This document shows, one piece after another, positions 31,083 to 42,483 of a DNA stretch of 64,000 nt. Numbering within the stretch: the first letter of the stretch is position 1; each line of letters opens with the position of its first letter. The notes under the pieces are model-generated. The model was not told where the DNA came from. It did not search any database and worked only from the letters and a program-made list of their open reading frames with translations. This DNA is from an uncultured Actinomycetota bacterium (GTDB lineage: Bacteria; Actinomycetota; Actinomycetes; JAHEKZ01): contig CAVURN010000005.1 of the NCBI GenBank assembly GCA_963743915.1, forward strand, positions 320,001 through 384,000, written 5' to 3'. Both the position numbers and the translations under genes were made by a program.

Positions 31083-31649
31083 GTGACCATGCGTACCCGT
31101 TCCCTGCTGGCCCTCATCGTCTCGTTCCTCGCGTTGGGGGCGGTGGCGCTCCCGGCGTCCGCCCACAGCGAGCTGCTGCAGAGCACCCCCGCGGACGGGG
31201 AGCAGCTCACCGAGGCGCCCGCCGAGATCGAGCTGGTCTTCGGCGAGGCAGTGCAGCAGCAGGGCGGCGCGATCATCGTCAAGGGTCCCGACGGCACGCG
31301 CTACGACCGGGCGGCATCGTTCACCACCGACGAGAACGTCGCGACGATCGGGCTGGTAGCAGCCACCGACCCGGGCGAGTACAGCGTGGCGTACCGCGTC
31401 GTGAGTGCCGACGGCCACGTGGTCAGCGACACCTTCACGTACGAGCTGCTTGCCACAGACCCCTCACCCACGACCGTGCAGTCCGCGCCCGACGCCAGCC
31501 CTCTCGCGGGGACGCCGACAGATGACGGAGCCGGAGAGGGTTCGGACATCGGTTTCGTCTGGGTCCTGGGGCTCGGAGCGATCGGGCTCGTGCTGCTTGC
31601 CGCGGTGATCGCCGTGGCGGTGCGAGGTCGGCGTGGTCGCGAAGGTTGA
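31083..31649 (+). CDS. CopC copper-binding protein with a C-terminal membrane anchor
   Basis: ASA-HSELLQSTP (mature N-terminal His), YRVVSADGHVVS. Confidence 0.88.
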   Translation: MTMRTRSLLALIVSFLALGAVALPASAHSELLQSTPADGEQLTEAPAEIELVFGEAVQQQGGAIIVKGPDGTRYDRAASFTTDENVATIGLVAATDPGEYSVAYRVVSADGHVVSDTFTYELLATDPSPTTVQSAPDASPLAGTPTDDGAGEGSDIGFVWVLGLGAIGLVLLAAVIAVAVRGRRGREG

Positions 31650-33636
31650 CGCTCCCCCGCGTACTCCGCGGACGATGTGGCCACGCATGGCGCTCGCCGT
31701 CGCGCTGGGTGCGGCCGGGCTGGTCCTGGCGTTCGTCGTCGGCGACAGCGCTCCCCGCACGTCCGTCGAGGGGATCCCGACAGCCTCGTTGACCGTGCAG
31801 TGGGGGCTCCCCCTCGTCCGCACGCTCATCTACCTGATGGCTGCCATGACCGTCGGGCTGCTGCTTGCAGCGGCCGCCCTGCTGCCGTCGGCCAAGGACC
31901 TGCTGGCGACGGCGTCCGCACGGGCGGCGAGGCTTGCGTCGTGGGCGGCCTGGATCTGGGCGTTGCTGGCGTTGGTACAGCTCGTCCTCGCCTACGCCGA
32001 GACGTTCGCAACCTCCTTCGGTGACGCACTCGACCCGGTCGAGCTGCTCAGCTTCGTCGGGCAGTCGCAGCAGGGGGCAGCGCTGGTCGTGTCGGCATCC
32101 TTCGCCGCGTTCGCCGGCGTGGCGGCCAGGGAGGCCGAACGGCCTCTCGGCGCGTGGGTCGCCCTGCTCCTCGCACTTCTGGCGACGATCCCGCCCGCTG
32201 TCACCGGACACGCAGCGGCAGCGGGCGACCACGATCTCGCCACCTCCTCGCTCGTCGTCCACGTGACAGGTGTGTCTCTCTGGGTCGGCGGGCTGCTCGC
32301 GCTGGTCTGGTACGCAGGTGCGGACGGTCGCTTCCTGGCCCTCGCCGCCCGGCGCTACAGCGCCCTGGCGGTCTGGGCGTTCGTCGCGGTGGGCGTGAGT
32401 GGTGTCGTCAACGCGCTGATCCGGCTGGACGGGCTCGACAACCTCACGACCAGCTACGGCGCGGTCGTGCTGCTCAAGGTGATCGCCTTCACCGCCCTCG
32501 GCATCCTCGGCTGGGCGCACCGTCGGCACACTCTCCCGCAGGTCGACGCCGGCGCACCCTTCGCCTTTGCCCGTCTCGCTCTGGTCGAGGCATCGATCAT
32601 GGTGCTGACCATCGGTGTCGCGGTGGGCCTGGCGGCAACTGCACCCCCTCCGTCTGGAGACACCACCGCACCACCCCCCGCCGAGGTGCTCCTCGGTCTG
32701 CCGATGCCGGACGCGCCGTCGATCCTGGGCATCGTCACCGGCTGGAGACTCGACCTGCTCGTCGTCGGTGCACTGGTGGCGGCCGGCGGCCTCTACGGCC
32801 GCGGGGTCTGGACCCTGCACCGACGCGGTGACCGGTGGAGCGTCGGCCGCACCGTCGCGTGGTACGCAGGTCTGGCGGTCATCGCCGTTGGCGCGCTGTC
32901 GGGGCTCGCTGTCTACGGACGCGCCGCGTTCAGCCTGCACATGACGCAGCACATGGTGCTGAGCATGATCGCTCCCCTGCTGCTGGTGCTCGGTGCACCG
33001 GTCACCCTGGCGCTGCGATCTCTGACCGCGGCCAGCGCTGGTCAACCGTCGGGGCCCCGCGAGTGGCTGCTCGCCGCCCTGCAGAGCCCGTTCGCCAAGG
33101 TGCTGACGCATCCGGTGACGGCATTCGCCCTGTTCGTCAGCGCCCCGTACATGGTCTATTTCAGTGGCCTGTTCGAGACCGCAATGCGTCAGCACTGGGC
33201 CCACGAGCTGATGCACGTGCACTTCGTGCTCGTCGGGTACCTGTACTTCGAGTCGTTGATCGGGACCGACCCGATCCCCTACCGCGCCAGCTACCCGATG
33301 CGCATGGTGACGCTCTTCGCGTCCCTGGCGTTCCATGCCTTCTTCGCCGTCGCACTGATGAGCACCGACACCGTGATCGCCTCCGGCTACTACGAGACCC
33401 TCGACCGTTCGTGGTGGCCCGACCTGCTCGACGACCAGACGGGCGGCAGCGCCTTCGCATGGGCATTCGGTGAGCTTCCCGGGCTCATCGTGCTGGTGGT
33501 CCTGCTGTACCAGTGGTCGCGCGAGGACGATCGGCAGGCGCGACGTCAGGACCGGCAGGCCGACCGCACCGACGATGCCGAGCTCGTGGCGTACAACCGG
33601 ATGCTCGCCGCACGGCGGGACAACCCGCGCCAGTGA
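31633..33636 (+). CDS. CopD-CtaG fusion (copper uptake / cytochrome c oxidase assembly)
   Basis: TGHAAAAGDH, HV...LWVGGL, YGAVVLLK (CopD); FSLHMTQHMVLSMIAP, FHAFF, DQTGG..AWAFGE (CtaG). Confidence 0.88.
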   Translation: MVAKVDAPPRTPRTMWPRMALAVALGAAGLVLAFVVGDSAPRTSVEGIPTASLTVQWGLPLVRTLIYLMAAMTVGLLLAAAALLPSAKDLLATASARAARLASWAAWIWALLALVQLVLAYAETFATSFGDALDPVELLSFVGQSQQGAALVVSASFAAFAGVAAREAERPLGAWVALLLALLATIPPAVTGHAAAAGDHDLATSSLVVHVTGVSLWVGGLLALVWYAGADGRFLALAARRYSALAVWAFVAVGVSGVVNALIRLDGLDNLTTSYGAVVLLKVIAFTALGILGWAHRRHTLPQVDAGAPFAFARLALVEASIMVLTIGVAVGLAATAPPPSGDTTAPPPAEVLLGLPMPDAPSILGIVTGWRLDLLVVGALVAAGGLYGRGVWTLHRRGDRWSVGRTVAWYAGLAVIAVGALSGLAVYGRAAFSLHMTQHMVLSMIAPLLLVLGAPVTLALRSLTAASAGQPSGPREWLLAALQSPFAKVLTHPVTAFALFVSAPYMVYFSGLFETAMRQHWAHELMHVHFVLVGYLYFESLIGTDPIPYRASYPMRMVTLFASLAFHAFFAVALMSTDTVIASGYYETLDRSWWPDLLDDQTGGSAFAWAFGELPGLIVLVVLLYQWSREDDRQARRQDRQADRTDDAELVAYNRMLAARRDNPRQ

Positions 33637-33664
33637 CCCTCGAGCGGCCTTCGGGGGGAGACCT

Positions 33665-33694
33665 TACTTCAACGTTCAAGCATTGGGTTAGGAT
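33665..33694 (+). promoter_or_regulatory. Candidate MarR operator and leaderless -10 box
   Basis: Imperfect palindrome TACTTCAACGTTCAAGCA, then TAGGAT 6 nt before the ATG. Confidence 0.5.
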
Positions 33695-33700
33695 GCGCGC

Positions 33701-34183
33701 ATGACCGCCGGACCGTCCCTCGCCCGCTCTGCCTCCGTACGGTGGCTCAGCGACGACGAGCAGGCCACCTGGCGCGCGTTCCTCGCGATGCAGCGCAAGA
33801 TCCGCGACCGCCTCGAGCGGCAGCTGCAGCAGGACGCCGGGGTGCCGATGACGTACTACATCATCTTGGCCATGCTCTCCGAGGCGCCCGACCGCACCCT
33901 GCGGATGACCGAGCTCGCGACCATCGCCGGCACCTCCCAGAGCCAGCTCTCCCACGCTGCCTCGCGTCTGGAGGAGGCGGGCTGGATCGAGCGGCAACGG
34001 TGCCTGGACGACAAGCGCGGCTACCTGGCGATCCTGACCGACGCCGGCTTCCAGGTGCTGGCCGAGGCCGCACCCAGCCACGTCGAGAGCGTGCGTGCGG
34101 TGCTGTTCGACCGCCTCACCCCGCAGCAGGTGCGTCAGCTGCGCACCATCGCCGACGCCGTCAACACCGACGACGACGCCTGA
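33701..34183 (+). CDS. MarR family transcriptional regulator
   Basis: RWLSDDEQATWRAF, YYIILAMLSEAP..LRMTELA, DDKRG...LTDAG. Confidence 0.9.
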   Translation: MTAGPSLARSASVRWLSDDEQATWRAFLAMQRKIRDRLERQLQQDAGVPMTYYIILAMLSEAPDRTLRMTELATIAGTSQSQLSHAASRLEEAGWIERQRCLDDKRGYLAILTDAGFQVLAEAAPSHVESVRAVLFDRLTPQQVRQLRTIADAVNTDDDA

Positions 34184-34184
34184 C

Positions 34185-35144
34185 CTAGCCCGCTTCGCTC
34201 CCGCCGACGTTCCGCCCCGCGAACACGCGAAGCGCCATCCCTTCCAGCGCGGCTGCTCTTCGCGTCAGACGAGCCCCGGCCGGCTTGGCGAGAACCACCG
34301 TGAGCGCCGGAACAGGATCGGCGAGGTCTCGCGCCACCACTCGACGGCCCTCGACCGACTCGTCGTTGTTCGGCCTCAGGTTGAGCAGGCTCCATCCGAG
34401 CCCACGGCCCACCAGCGCCCGCGCGGTCTCCGCACTGCGGGTGCGGTACCTGACCTGCGGTTCCACGCCCGCGGCGGTGAAGGCAGCCCTGAAGTAGTCA
34501 CGGCTGTGCGGCAGGTCCAGCAGGACGAACGGCTCGTCGGCCAGGTCTGCCAGGCGCACCGACGCGGCGCTGCTCAACGGGTGGTCGGCGGGAAGGAGTG
34601 CGTGGGCCCGTACCTCCAGGAGGGGGCGACGCTCGATCGCTTCGCCGAGTCCCAGGTCGTAGGTCAGCGCCACCTCGAAACGTCCCTCGCGCAGCCCGGT
34701 CTCGATGCCGTCCAGGGGCTCCTCGACAGGGTCCACCTCCAACCCCGGCAGCTCATCGGCCACGGCAGCCACCAACGTCGGCACCAAGTAGGGGGCCAGG
34801 ATCGCGAAGCACCCGAGCCGGATCCGTCCCACCAGGCCTTCACCGAGGGCGTGCGCCGAGGTGTCCAGGTCGTCCGCCTGCCGCAGCAGCTCGCGGGCCG
34901 CCACCAGGAGCTCGTCCCCGGACGGGGTCAGTGTCACACCGCGGGCATGGTGCCTGACCAGCAGCTGCACACCCAGAGCCCGTTCGAGGTCTGCCAGAGC
35001 CGTGGACATGGCCGACTGCGACAGGTGGACCTGCTCGGCCGCAGCGGTCAACGTCCCCGCCTCGGCGACCGCGACGAAGTACTCGAGCTGGCGCAGCGTG
35101 AAGCGAGCCCTGGGGCTCCGCTCGTCGGGGGTGGTCACCCGCAC
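34185..35144 (-). CDS. LysR family regulator (HinK-like)
   Basis: FTLRQLEYFVAVAE, LLVRHHARGVTLTPSG, GCFAILAP, LLDLPHSRDYF; last gene of the histamine cluster. Confidence 0.88.
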   Translation of the reverse strand: MRVTTPDERSPRARFTLRQLEYFVAVAEAGTLTAAAEQVHLSQSAMSTALADLERALGVQLLVRHHARGVTLTPSGDELLVAARELLRQADDLDTSAHALGEGLVGRIRLGCFAILAPYLVPTLVAAVADELPGLEVDPVEEPLDGIETGLREGRFEVALTYDLGLGEAIERRPLLEVRAHALLPADHPLSSAASVRLADLADEPFVLLDLPHSRDYFRAAFTAAGVEPQVRYRTRSAETARALVGRGLGWSLLNLRPNNDESVEGRRVVARDLADPVPALTVVLAKPAGARLTRRAAALEGMALRVFAGRNVGGSEAG

Positions 35145-35165
35145 TGCCCGTCGTCAGTCGGCATC

Positions 35166-36655
35166 TCAGTAGCTGATCCAGGTGGTCTTCAAGGCGGTGT
35201 ACTTGTCGAACGAGTGGATCGAGAGGTCACGGCCAACGCCGGACTGCTTGAAGCCTCCGAAGGGCGTCATCGGGCTCAGCGCATCGACGGTGTTGACCGA
35301 GACGGTGCCGACCTTCAGCTGCTCCGAGACCCTCAGCGCCCGTGAGAGGTCGGACGTCCACACCGACGCCGCCAGCCCGAATCGCGTGTCGTTGGCGATG
35401 CTCACCGCCTCCTCCTCGTCATCGAACGGGATCACCGCCAGCACCGGACCGAAGATCTCGTCGCGAGCGATCTCGTGATCGTTGGAGACATCGTCGAAGA
35501 TGGTGGGCGTCACGTAGCAGTCGCTCGACAGGGTGAGTCGATCGCCACCGACCACGAGCCTTGCCGACCTCCGTCCCGACTCCACGAACCTCATGACCCG
35601 GTCGGTGTGCTGGCGACTGACCAGAGCACCCACGGTCGTGCTCGGATCCAGGGGGTGACCCGGTGCCATCGCCTCTGCCTGTTCGACGAGTCGCTCCAGC
35701 AATGCGTCCTTGACCGAACGGTGGACGAGCAGCCGGGAGTTGGCCGAGCACACCTCGCCCTGGTTGTAGAAGATGCCGAACGCCGACTTTGCCGCCACCT
35801 CGTCCAACGAGGTGGCGTCCGCGAAGACCAGGTTGGGGCTCTTGCCGCCGAGCTCCAGCCACACCTGCTTGGCGTTCGACTCCGCCGAGTACGAGAGGAA
35901 GAGCTTGCCGACCTCCGTCGACCCGGTGAATGCGAGGCAGTCGACGTCCGGATGGCGGCCGAGCCCCTGACCGGCGGTCTCGCCGAAACCCGGGAGCACG
36001 TTCAGCACTCCGTCCGGGACTCCAGCCTCGGTCGCGAGCTGAGCGAGCCGCAGAGCCGAGAGGGGGACTGCTCCGCAGGCTTGAGCACCACCGAGTTGCC
36101 GCTGGCCAGAGCCGGTGCGCACTTCCACGCCGCCGTGTCGAGCGGGAAGTTCCACGGGACGACAGCCGCGACGACCCCCAGCGGCTCGCGGCGCACCAGG
36201 GCGAGATCGCCACGACCGGTCGGGGCGATCTCGTCGTACACCTTGTCGATCGCCTCGGCGTGCCACTGCCAGACACCGGCTGCCGCGGGGACGTCCACCG
36301 CCAGCGCGTCGCTGATCGGTTTGCCCATGTCGAGGCACTCGAGCAGGGCCAGCTCCTCGGCGTTCTCGCGAATCAGACCGACCAGGCGAAGAAGCACCTC
36401 CTTGCGGTCCGCGGGGGAGGCGTGGGCCCAGTCGCCCCGGGCGAAGGCCGCACGAGCCGCTGCCACCGCCCGGTCGACGTCGTCGACGTCGGCTGAGGCG
36501 ACATCGCCCAGGACGTCGCCGGTGGTCGGGCTGAAGTTGGCGAACGTCTGCCCCGAGGCGACGTCGACCTGGGCACCGTCGATGTAGGCAGCGCCCGGCA
36601 GCTCGAGCGCTGCGACGCGCTTCTCCCAGTCATCGCGTGTCAGGGCTTGGCTCAT
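35166..36655 (-). CDS. NAD-dependent aldehyde dehydrogenase (PuuC-like; candidate imidazole-acetaldehyde dehydrogenase); frameshift near 36065
   Basis: VPWNFP, KPAEQ, FTGSTEVG, LELGGKSP, NQGEVCSA, EIFGP, PFGGFKQSG. Confidence 0.9.
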
Positions 36656-38740
36656 GCGGATGACTCCTCAGGGGCGAGTCCAGTGACCTCGCGCCGGAAG
36701 GGGACGCTGTCGCCCGTGCGCGGCGGGCCGTCCAGCTCTTCGGCGTACTTGTGTCCTTCATAGACGGCTGCGGCGATCGTGGCGGGGGCGAAGGCGTCGC
36801 CGATCGCACGGACACTCAGCAGCCCGGCGTCCGTCCACTCACCGCTGCGAGCGTTGAGGCCGGTGAACAGCTCGTCGCGCGGCAGGCGAGCCGTCACCAT
36901 CACGACCGCGTCGGCGGGCACCGCCTCCTCGCGTCCGGTGTACGCGCAGGCCAGGGTGACCTCCCCGTCCCCCATTGCGGTCAGCGTTCGCGCCGTTCGC
37001 ACCTGCACGCCGGCGTTCAGCACCCGCTCCTGGATCCGGATGATCTCCAGCGTGTTGTTCGTCCAGCTCGACACCTGTGCCGCCGGCGTCACCAGCTGGA
37101 CGTCGTACCCCTCCGCCGCGAGCAGCTCGGACAGGACACCCCCCATGTAGTAGTGGTCGTCGTCGAAGACCACGACACGTGGGCCGGAAGGACGCTCCCC
37201 CGACATCAGGTCGTCCGGGGTCAGCACCGGCAGTGATCCCGCGGTGGGGACCGGGGTCAGGTGCCAGCGACCGATGCCGTCGGCGCGCCATCTGGCGCCC
37301 GTCGCCACCACCACGTGCTCGAAGCCGCTGCCGATGATGTCGTCGACCTCCATGGGTGACTCCATGGCGACCTCGACGTTCTTCAGGCCACGGATCTGCT
37401 GCTCGCGGTGGTCGAGCACCCGCACCCACGCGGCCAGACCGGGCAGGCGGGACTCGCGCCAGACGCGACCACCGAGCTGGCGCGTCGCCTCGGTCAGGGT
37501 GACGTCGTACCCGCGTTGGCCCAGCGACTTCGCCGCCTCCAGCCCGGAAGGACCGGCTCCGACGACAAGCACCGAGGTCTCCGATCCGCGCACTTTGATC
37601 CGCTCGGGGTGCCACCCGCGCCGCCACTCCTCACCCATCGTCGGGTTCTGCGTGCACCTGATCGGAGACATCGTGAAGTCGCCGGACACACAGATGTTGC
37701 AGCCGATGCACTCGCGGATGTCCTCGAGCCTTCCCTCCTCGATCTTGCGCGGCAGGAAGGGGTCGGCGATCGAGGGTCTGGCAGCGCCGATCAGGTCCAG
37801 GATCCCCTGACGCACCTGGCGCACCATGGTGTCCGGCGAGGTGAAGCGACCGACGCCGACGACGGGCCGGGTGGTCAGCTGCTTCAAGCCCTTGACGTAC
37901 TCCTCCTGCGCGCCCTCGGGCCCGAAGCGCGACGTGACGGAGTCGTCCTCCCAGGACCCGAGCACGAAGTCCCAAAGGTCCGGGTGCTCAGCGAGCTCGG
38001 CGACGACCTCCTCGATCGCCGCGCGGTCGATCCCGCCGTCACCGAGCAGCTCGTCGACGGTGATCCGGCAGGCGACCGCCGCCTTGCCGTCACACGCCTC
38101 CCGGGTGTCCTCGAGGATCTCGCGCAGCAGCCTCATGCGGTTCAGGGTGCTGCCGCCGTACTCGTCGGTCCGCTGGTTGTAGCGCGGACTCAGGAAGTGG
38201 TGGATGCCTCCCAGCGCGTGGCCGGCATACACGTACACGATGTCGTAGCCGGCCTCGATCGCACGCCCGGCCGCCGCCTTGTGCCAGCGGCGCAGGTCGA
38301 CGATGTCCTGCTTGGTCATGGCCCTCGCCTGGACCGGGTCCAACGACCACGTGGCGACCGGCAGGTGTGCCGGACCCATCGGCGCCTCGCGGCTGTAGAG
38401 GTTCGGACCGTTCATGCCGTTGTAGGTCAGCTCGAGGCCGGCCAGAGCCCCGTGCTCGTGCACGCGATCGGCCATCCGGGCCAGGGCCGGGATGTCCTGG
38501 TCGTCCCAGAGCCGCAGCTCGATGAACGGGCGTGATGTCGGACGAGTAGTGGAACTCGACCTGCTCGGTGCACACCACACCCCAGCCGCCCTCGGCCTTG
38601 ACGCCGCGCATGGTCGCGAGCGCCGTCACGTCCCGGTACCCCATGCCGTTGCAGTGCGGAACCTGGAAGAAGCGGTTGGGGGCAGTGACCGGACCGATCG
38701 GGACCGGTTCGAAGAGGACGTCGTAGCGGGGGTCACGCAT
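36652..38740 (-). CDS. Histamine dehydrogenase-like flavo-iron-sulfur enzyme (TMADH/HADH family); frameshift near 38530
   Basis: NRFFQVPHCNGMGYRD (6-S-cysteinyl-FMN Cys), TEQVE, PFIELRLWDDQD, GSWEDDSVTSRF, RECIGCNICVSGDFTMSPIRCTQNP (4Fe-4S), VGAGPSGLEAA. As I recall it, closely colinear with Nocardioides simplex histamine dehydrogenase. Confidence 0.85.
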
Positions 38741-39929
38741 CGCTGCTCCTCGGCGGGACGGCCAGCAGTCGAGCCCGCTCGTCTGCATCACTTGCCACGT
38801 CGACGACGGTCAACGCCAACGCGGTCGCCGCATCGAGCACGGCGCGGTCGGCTGCGGGCGTCGCGGCGGCGGCGGCGAACTCCGGTTGGTGGTTCACCGC
38901 AGGAAGGGAGTCGATCCCGATGTACGGGTGGATCGCCGGCACCACCTGGGACACGTTGCCCATGTCGGTGGACGCCCGGTTCATCCGGGTCGCAGGGTCG
39001 TCGGGACTGGCGAACCGGCGTCCGAGGCCCTCGGCGTTGGCGACATACCTGGCCAGCACCGAGGTGTCGTTGCGGAAGTCGGCGTACGGCTGGCCCTCGG
39101 ACGTGATCGTGAGCCGGCAGTCGGTGGCCAATGCCCCGGCCTCGAAGCACTTGGCCGCGCGAGCCTCGACCTCACGCATCTGCGACATCGTGGTGCCTCG
39201 TACGTACCAGTGACCCTGTGTGCGGTCGGGGATCACGTTCGGCGCCTCTCCGCCGTGCGTCACGATGCCGTGCACCCGCGAGTCGGACGGGAGCTGCTGG
39301 CGCAGCAGGGCCAACGCCACCTGCGCGATCGTGAAGGCGTCCGCAGCGTTGACACCGAGGTCGGGGTAGGCAGCCGCATGCGCGGCCTTGCCCTCGTAGG
39401 TGACGCGCGAGGTGCGAGACGGCATACGCCTCTGCGCTGTGCGACGTCGACCGGCCCGGGGTGGGCCATCAGCGCCAGGTGCGCATCGTCGAAGGCGCCG
39501 CGGTCGAGCAGCTCGAGCTTGCCGCCGGCGCCCTCTTCGGCCGGCGTCCCGAGCAGCTTCACGCGGATGCCGAGGTCGTCGGCGACCGCTCCGAGCGCCA
39601 GCGCGGTACCGACCGACGACGCAGCGATCACGTTGTGACCGCAGGCATGACCGAGGCCGGGGAGCGCGTCGTACTCGGCGCAGACGACCACGGTCAGCGG
39701 GTCCGTCTCCGCGCACGGCCTCGACCGCAGTGGCGACCCCGTAGGCCTGCGGCGTCACGTCGAAGCCCGCCGACCGCCATGGCGTCGGCCACCCATGCCG
39801 CTGGCGCGCACCTCTTCCCACGCCACCTCGGGGTGGGCGTGGATCCGGTGGCTGAGGTCGATCAGCGCGTCGGCGTCTCCGCTGCGACGACGCGACGTCG
39901 CCTCGTCGCGCACCTCGGTCAGCCGTCAC
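38733..39929 (-). CDS. M20D amidohydrolase (ACY1L2/PM20D2-like); several frameshifts
   Basis: IHAHPEVAWEE, AEYDALPGLGHACGHNVI, GTPAEEG, GKAAHAA, ASTDMGNVS, NHQPEF. Confidence 0.85.
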   Translation of the reverse strand: MTADRGARRGDVASSQRRRRRADRPQPPDPRPPRGGVGRGARQRHGWPTPWRSAGFDVTPQAYGVATAVEAVRGDGPADRGRLRRVRRAPRPRSCLRSQRDRCVVGRYRAGARSGRRRPRHPREAARDAGRRGRRRQARAARPRRLRRCAPGADGPPRAGRRRTAQRRMPSRTSRVTYEGKAAHAAAYPDLGVNAADAFTIAQVALALLRQQLPSDSRVHGIVTHGGEAPNVIPDRTQGHWYVRGTTMSQMREVEARAAKCFEAGALATDCRLTITSEGQPYADFRNDTSVLARYVANAEGLGRRFASPDDPATRMNRASTDMGNVSQVVPAIHPYIGIDSLPAVNHQPEFAAAAATPAADRAVLDAATALALTVVDVASDADERARLLAVPPRSSDA

Positions 39930-40624
39930 CGGGCGTCTCCCGGTACGCCGTAGCTCGGCGAGCTCTCGGGGTCGAGCGCCCGCTACCAGGTAGGCCTGCT
40001 CCTGGGGCTGCCAGACGCGCCAGAGCCGCGCGAGCTCGCCACCGGCTCGTCGTGCCAGTCGACCCGGAGATCGGTCACCGGCCAGGTGTAGACCGGGTCC
40101 GGATCGGCGACCAGCAGACCGGCCGAGTGCACGGGGCCGGCTTCGCCCCCGGCGGCGAGGGCGGCGGCGAGCCCCGCGATCAGCCGCTCTCCGAGCGGTG
40201 CCGATGGGTCGAGCCTGCGAAGGCATCGGCCGCGGCGTCCAGCACCGACGGCGACGACAGCAGGTTGCCGGCAACGACGACCCCGGCGCGCGACGACCTG
40301 GCCGTGCACGCCCAGTGCCTGCTCGACCGGTCCAGGCCGCGGTCGTCGCCGTTGCGGTCGACGGCGGTCAGCTGACGCCAGGCGATGACGGCGCGTGCGG
40401 CTGGCGTCCGACGACGTCGGCCACCGCGGCGTCCGGCTCGGCCCCCGCTCGAGGGCGTCCAGCATCGTCGGTCCCAGACGCGGGTCGGTGACGTTCTGCG
40501 TGGTGACGGCGCCGACGCCACCGCGGACCCAGGCACAGCGGGCCGCGACTGCCGGTGACGACGACGTGATCGCCACACCCATGGCGCCGGTCCTGGCGCA
40601 GTGGCCGCCCACGCTGAACGTCAT
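39926..40624 (-). CDS. DUF1028 Ntn-hydrolase-like protein (HinG-like); frameshifts
   Basis: MTFSV, SSSPAVAARC, VTTQNVTDPRLG, AGNLL, AGGEAGPVHSAG, DLRVDW, SYGVPGD. Confidence 0.85.
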
Positions 40625-41044
40625 GACGCCACCCGACTCGGACGAGCACCGCGGTCACGTCGATCTCGACCAGCCACTCCGGCCGGGCAAGCGCGGTGAC
40701 GACCAGACCGGTCGACACCGGGTAGACACCCTTCAGCCATCGGCCCATCACCCGGTAGACCGGCTCGCGGATAGCGGATGTCGGTGAGGTAGACGACGAC
40801 CTTCACGACGTCGTCCAGACTCGAGCCGCACTCGTCGAGCAGCATCGCCATGTTCGCCATGGCCTTCTCGGCCTGCCTCGACGTCACCGATCGCAACCGA
40901 CTCGCGGGTGTCGAGGTCCTGCCGATCTGGCCGCGCAGGTAGACCGTGCCGCCGGCGACCACGGCCTGGCACAGGTCGTTGTCGAGGTTCTGCTCCGGGT
41001 AGGTGTCGCGGGTGTTGAAGGGGCGGATCGCGTCGGTGGCTCAT
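40621..41044 (-). CDS. RidA/YjgF family enamine/imine deaminase (HinL-like); frameshifts
   Basis: PFNTRDTYPEQNLDNDLCQAVVA, VYLRGQIG, GVYPVSTGLVVTALARPEWLVEID. Confidence 0.85.
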
Positions 41045-42354
41045 GCGCGATCCCCCGAGCTGCACCGCCTGGACCCGTCGCCACACTGGTCGCGAGCTCG
41101 CTGCCGCGGTAGGCCAGGTAGCCGCGCTGCGATCGCGATGTGGTCGGCGACGAACCTGGCGTCGTGCCAGACGCCCCAGATGAAGGACGAGCCGCGCCGC
41201 GACAGCCACGGCAGCCCGAGGAAGTAGATCCCGGGCTCGGTCGACACACCGCGCTGGTGCCTCGGCCTGCCGGTCTCGTCGAAGGCGTCGACCTGCAGCC
41301 AGCCGAAGTCGACGGCGAAGCCGGTCGCCCAGACGATCGACGTGACGCCCGGCGCTCGCGAGGTCGAGCTCGAGGATCGGGTCGGTCACGCACGCCGGAG
41401 CCGGGCCCAGGATGCGCGCGCCTCGGCTCCTCGGGCAGGTCGAGCCCGTTGCGCGCGACGTAGGCGTCGGCCTCGTCGAGCACCGAGAGGTAGTTGGCGT
41501 CGCCGTGGGCGATGTTGTCGGCCAGGTCCGGCGCGAAGGTGCATCACACCGTCCTCGAACGAGCTCGTCCGGCCGACGAGCATCATGCCGCGCGCGGCGA
41601 GGTCGCGGAAGTCGACGGTCTGGCCGCCATGGGCGCCGCTGACCGCGATGGTGACGTGCTCCTTGCCCTGCGGCGGGGTCTCCTCGTCCCACTTGCCGAG
41701 CACGCCGAGCCACCAGACGAAGTCGCGCCCGCGATAGCGCCGCGGCGGACGGTCGTGCGGACCGACCGACAGGTAGACGCGCCGCCCGGCGCGCAGCAGC
41801 TCGTCGGCGATCTGCACCCCCGACGATCCGGCCCCGACGACGAGCACCGCGCCCTCGGGCAGCTGGCTCGGGGTTGCGGTAGGCGCTGGAGTGGATCTGC
41901 TGAGGCCCGGCGTCGTCGGGCACGATCGCAGGAATGACCGGGCGCTGGAACGGTCCGGTCGCGGCCACGACGAAGCGCGCGTCGATGGCCCCGTCCGAGG
42001 TCTCGACGCGGAAGCCCGGCCGGCCGGCGTTCCGCTGCGACCGACGTCACCTCGACGCCGCAGCGGATCGGTGCGGCGATCTTCTCCGCGTAGGCGACGA
42101 AGTAGTCGGCGACCTGCTCCTTGGGAGCGAACGCGTCCGGGCTCGACGTCGGGGAACTCCAGGCCGGGGAAACGGTCGTGCCAGGCCGGCCCGTTGGCGA
42201 CCAGCGAGTCCCACCGCCCGGACCGCCAGCGCTCGGCGATGCGGTCCCGCTCGAGGACGAGGTGCGGCACGCCGCACCGGCTCAGGTGCTCGCTCATCGC
42301 CACGCCGGCCTGCCCCGCGCCGACCACCACGGCATCGACCACTTCGTCCGCCAT
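41041..42354 (-). CDS. Flavin-containing monooxygenase (HinF-like; candidate imidazole-acetate monooxygenase); several frameshifts
   Basis: VVGAGQAGVAMSEHL, RWDSLVANGPAWHDRFP, VGAGSSGVQIADEL, PPRRYRGRDFVWWLG, GLPWLSRRGSSFIWGVWHDA. Confidence 0.85.
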
Positions 42355-42483
42355 CTCGGCACTCCCTGGGTGAGGCTCCGTCGTCCTGGCTGCCTGGCGC
42401 TCTCTGCGCACCTCAGGCCGCTGTCTCCGGCATCCTGGTCGGTCGGATACCCCCTGTCCAACAGATGTTCTCGGGGACTGGCT

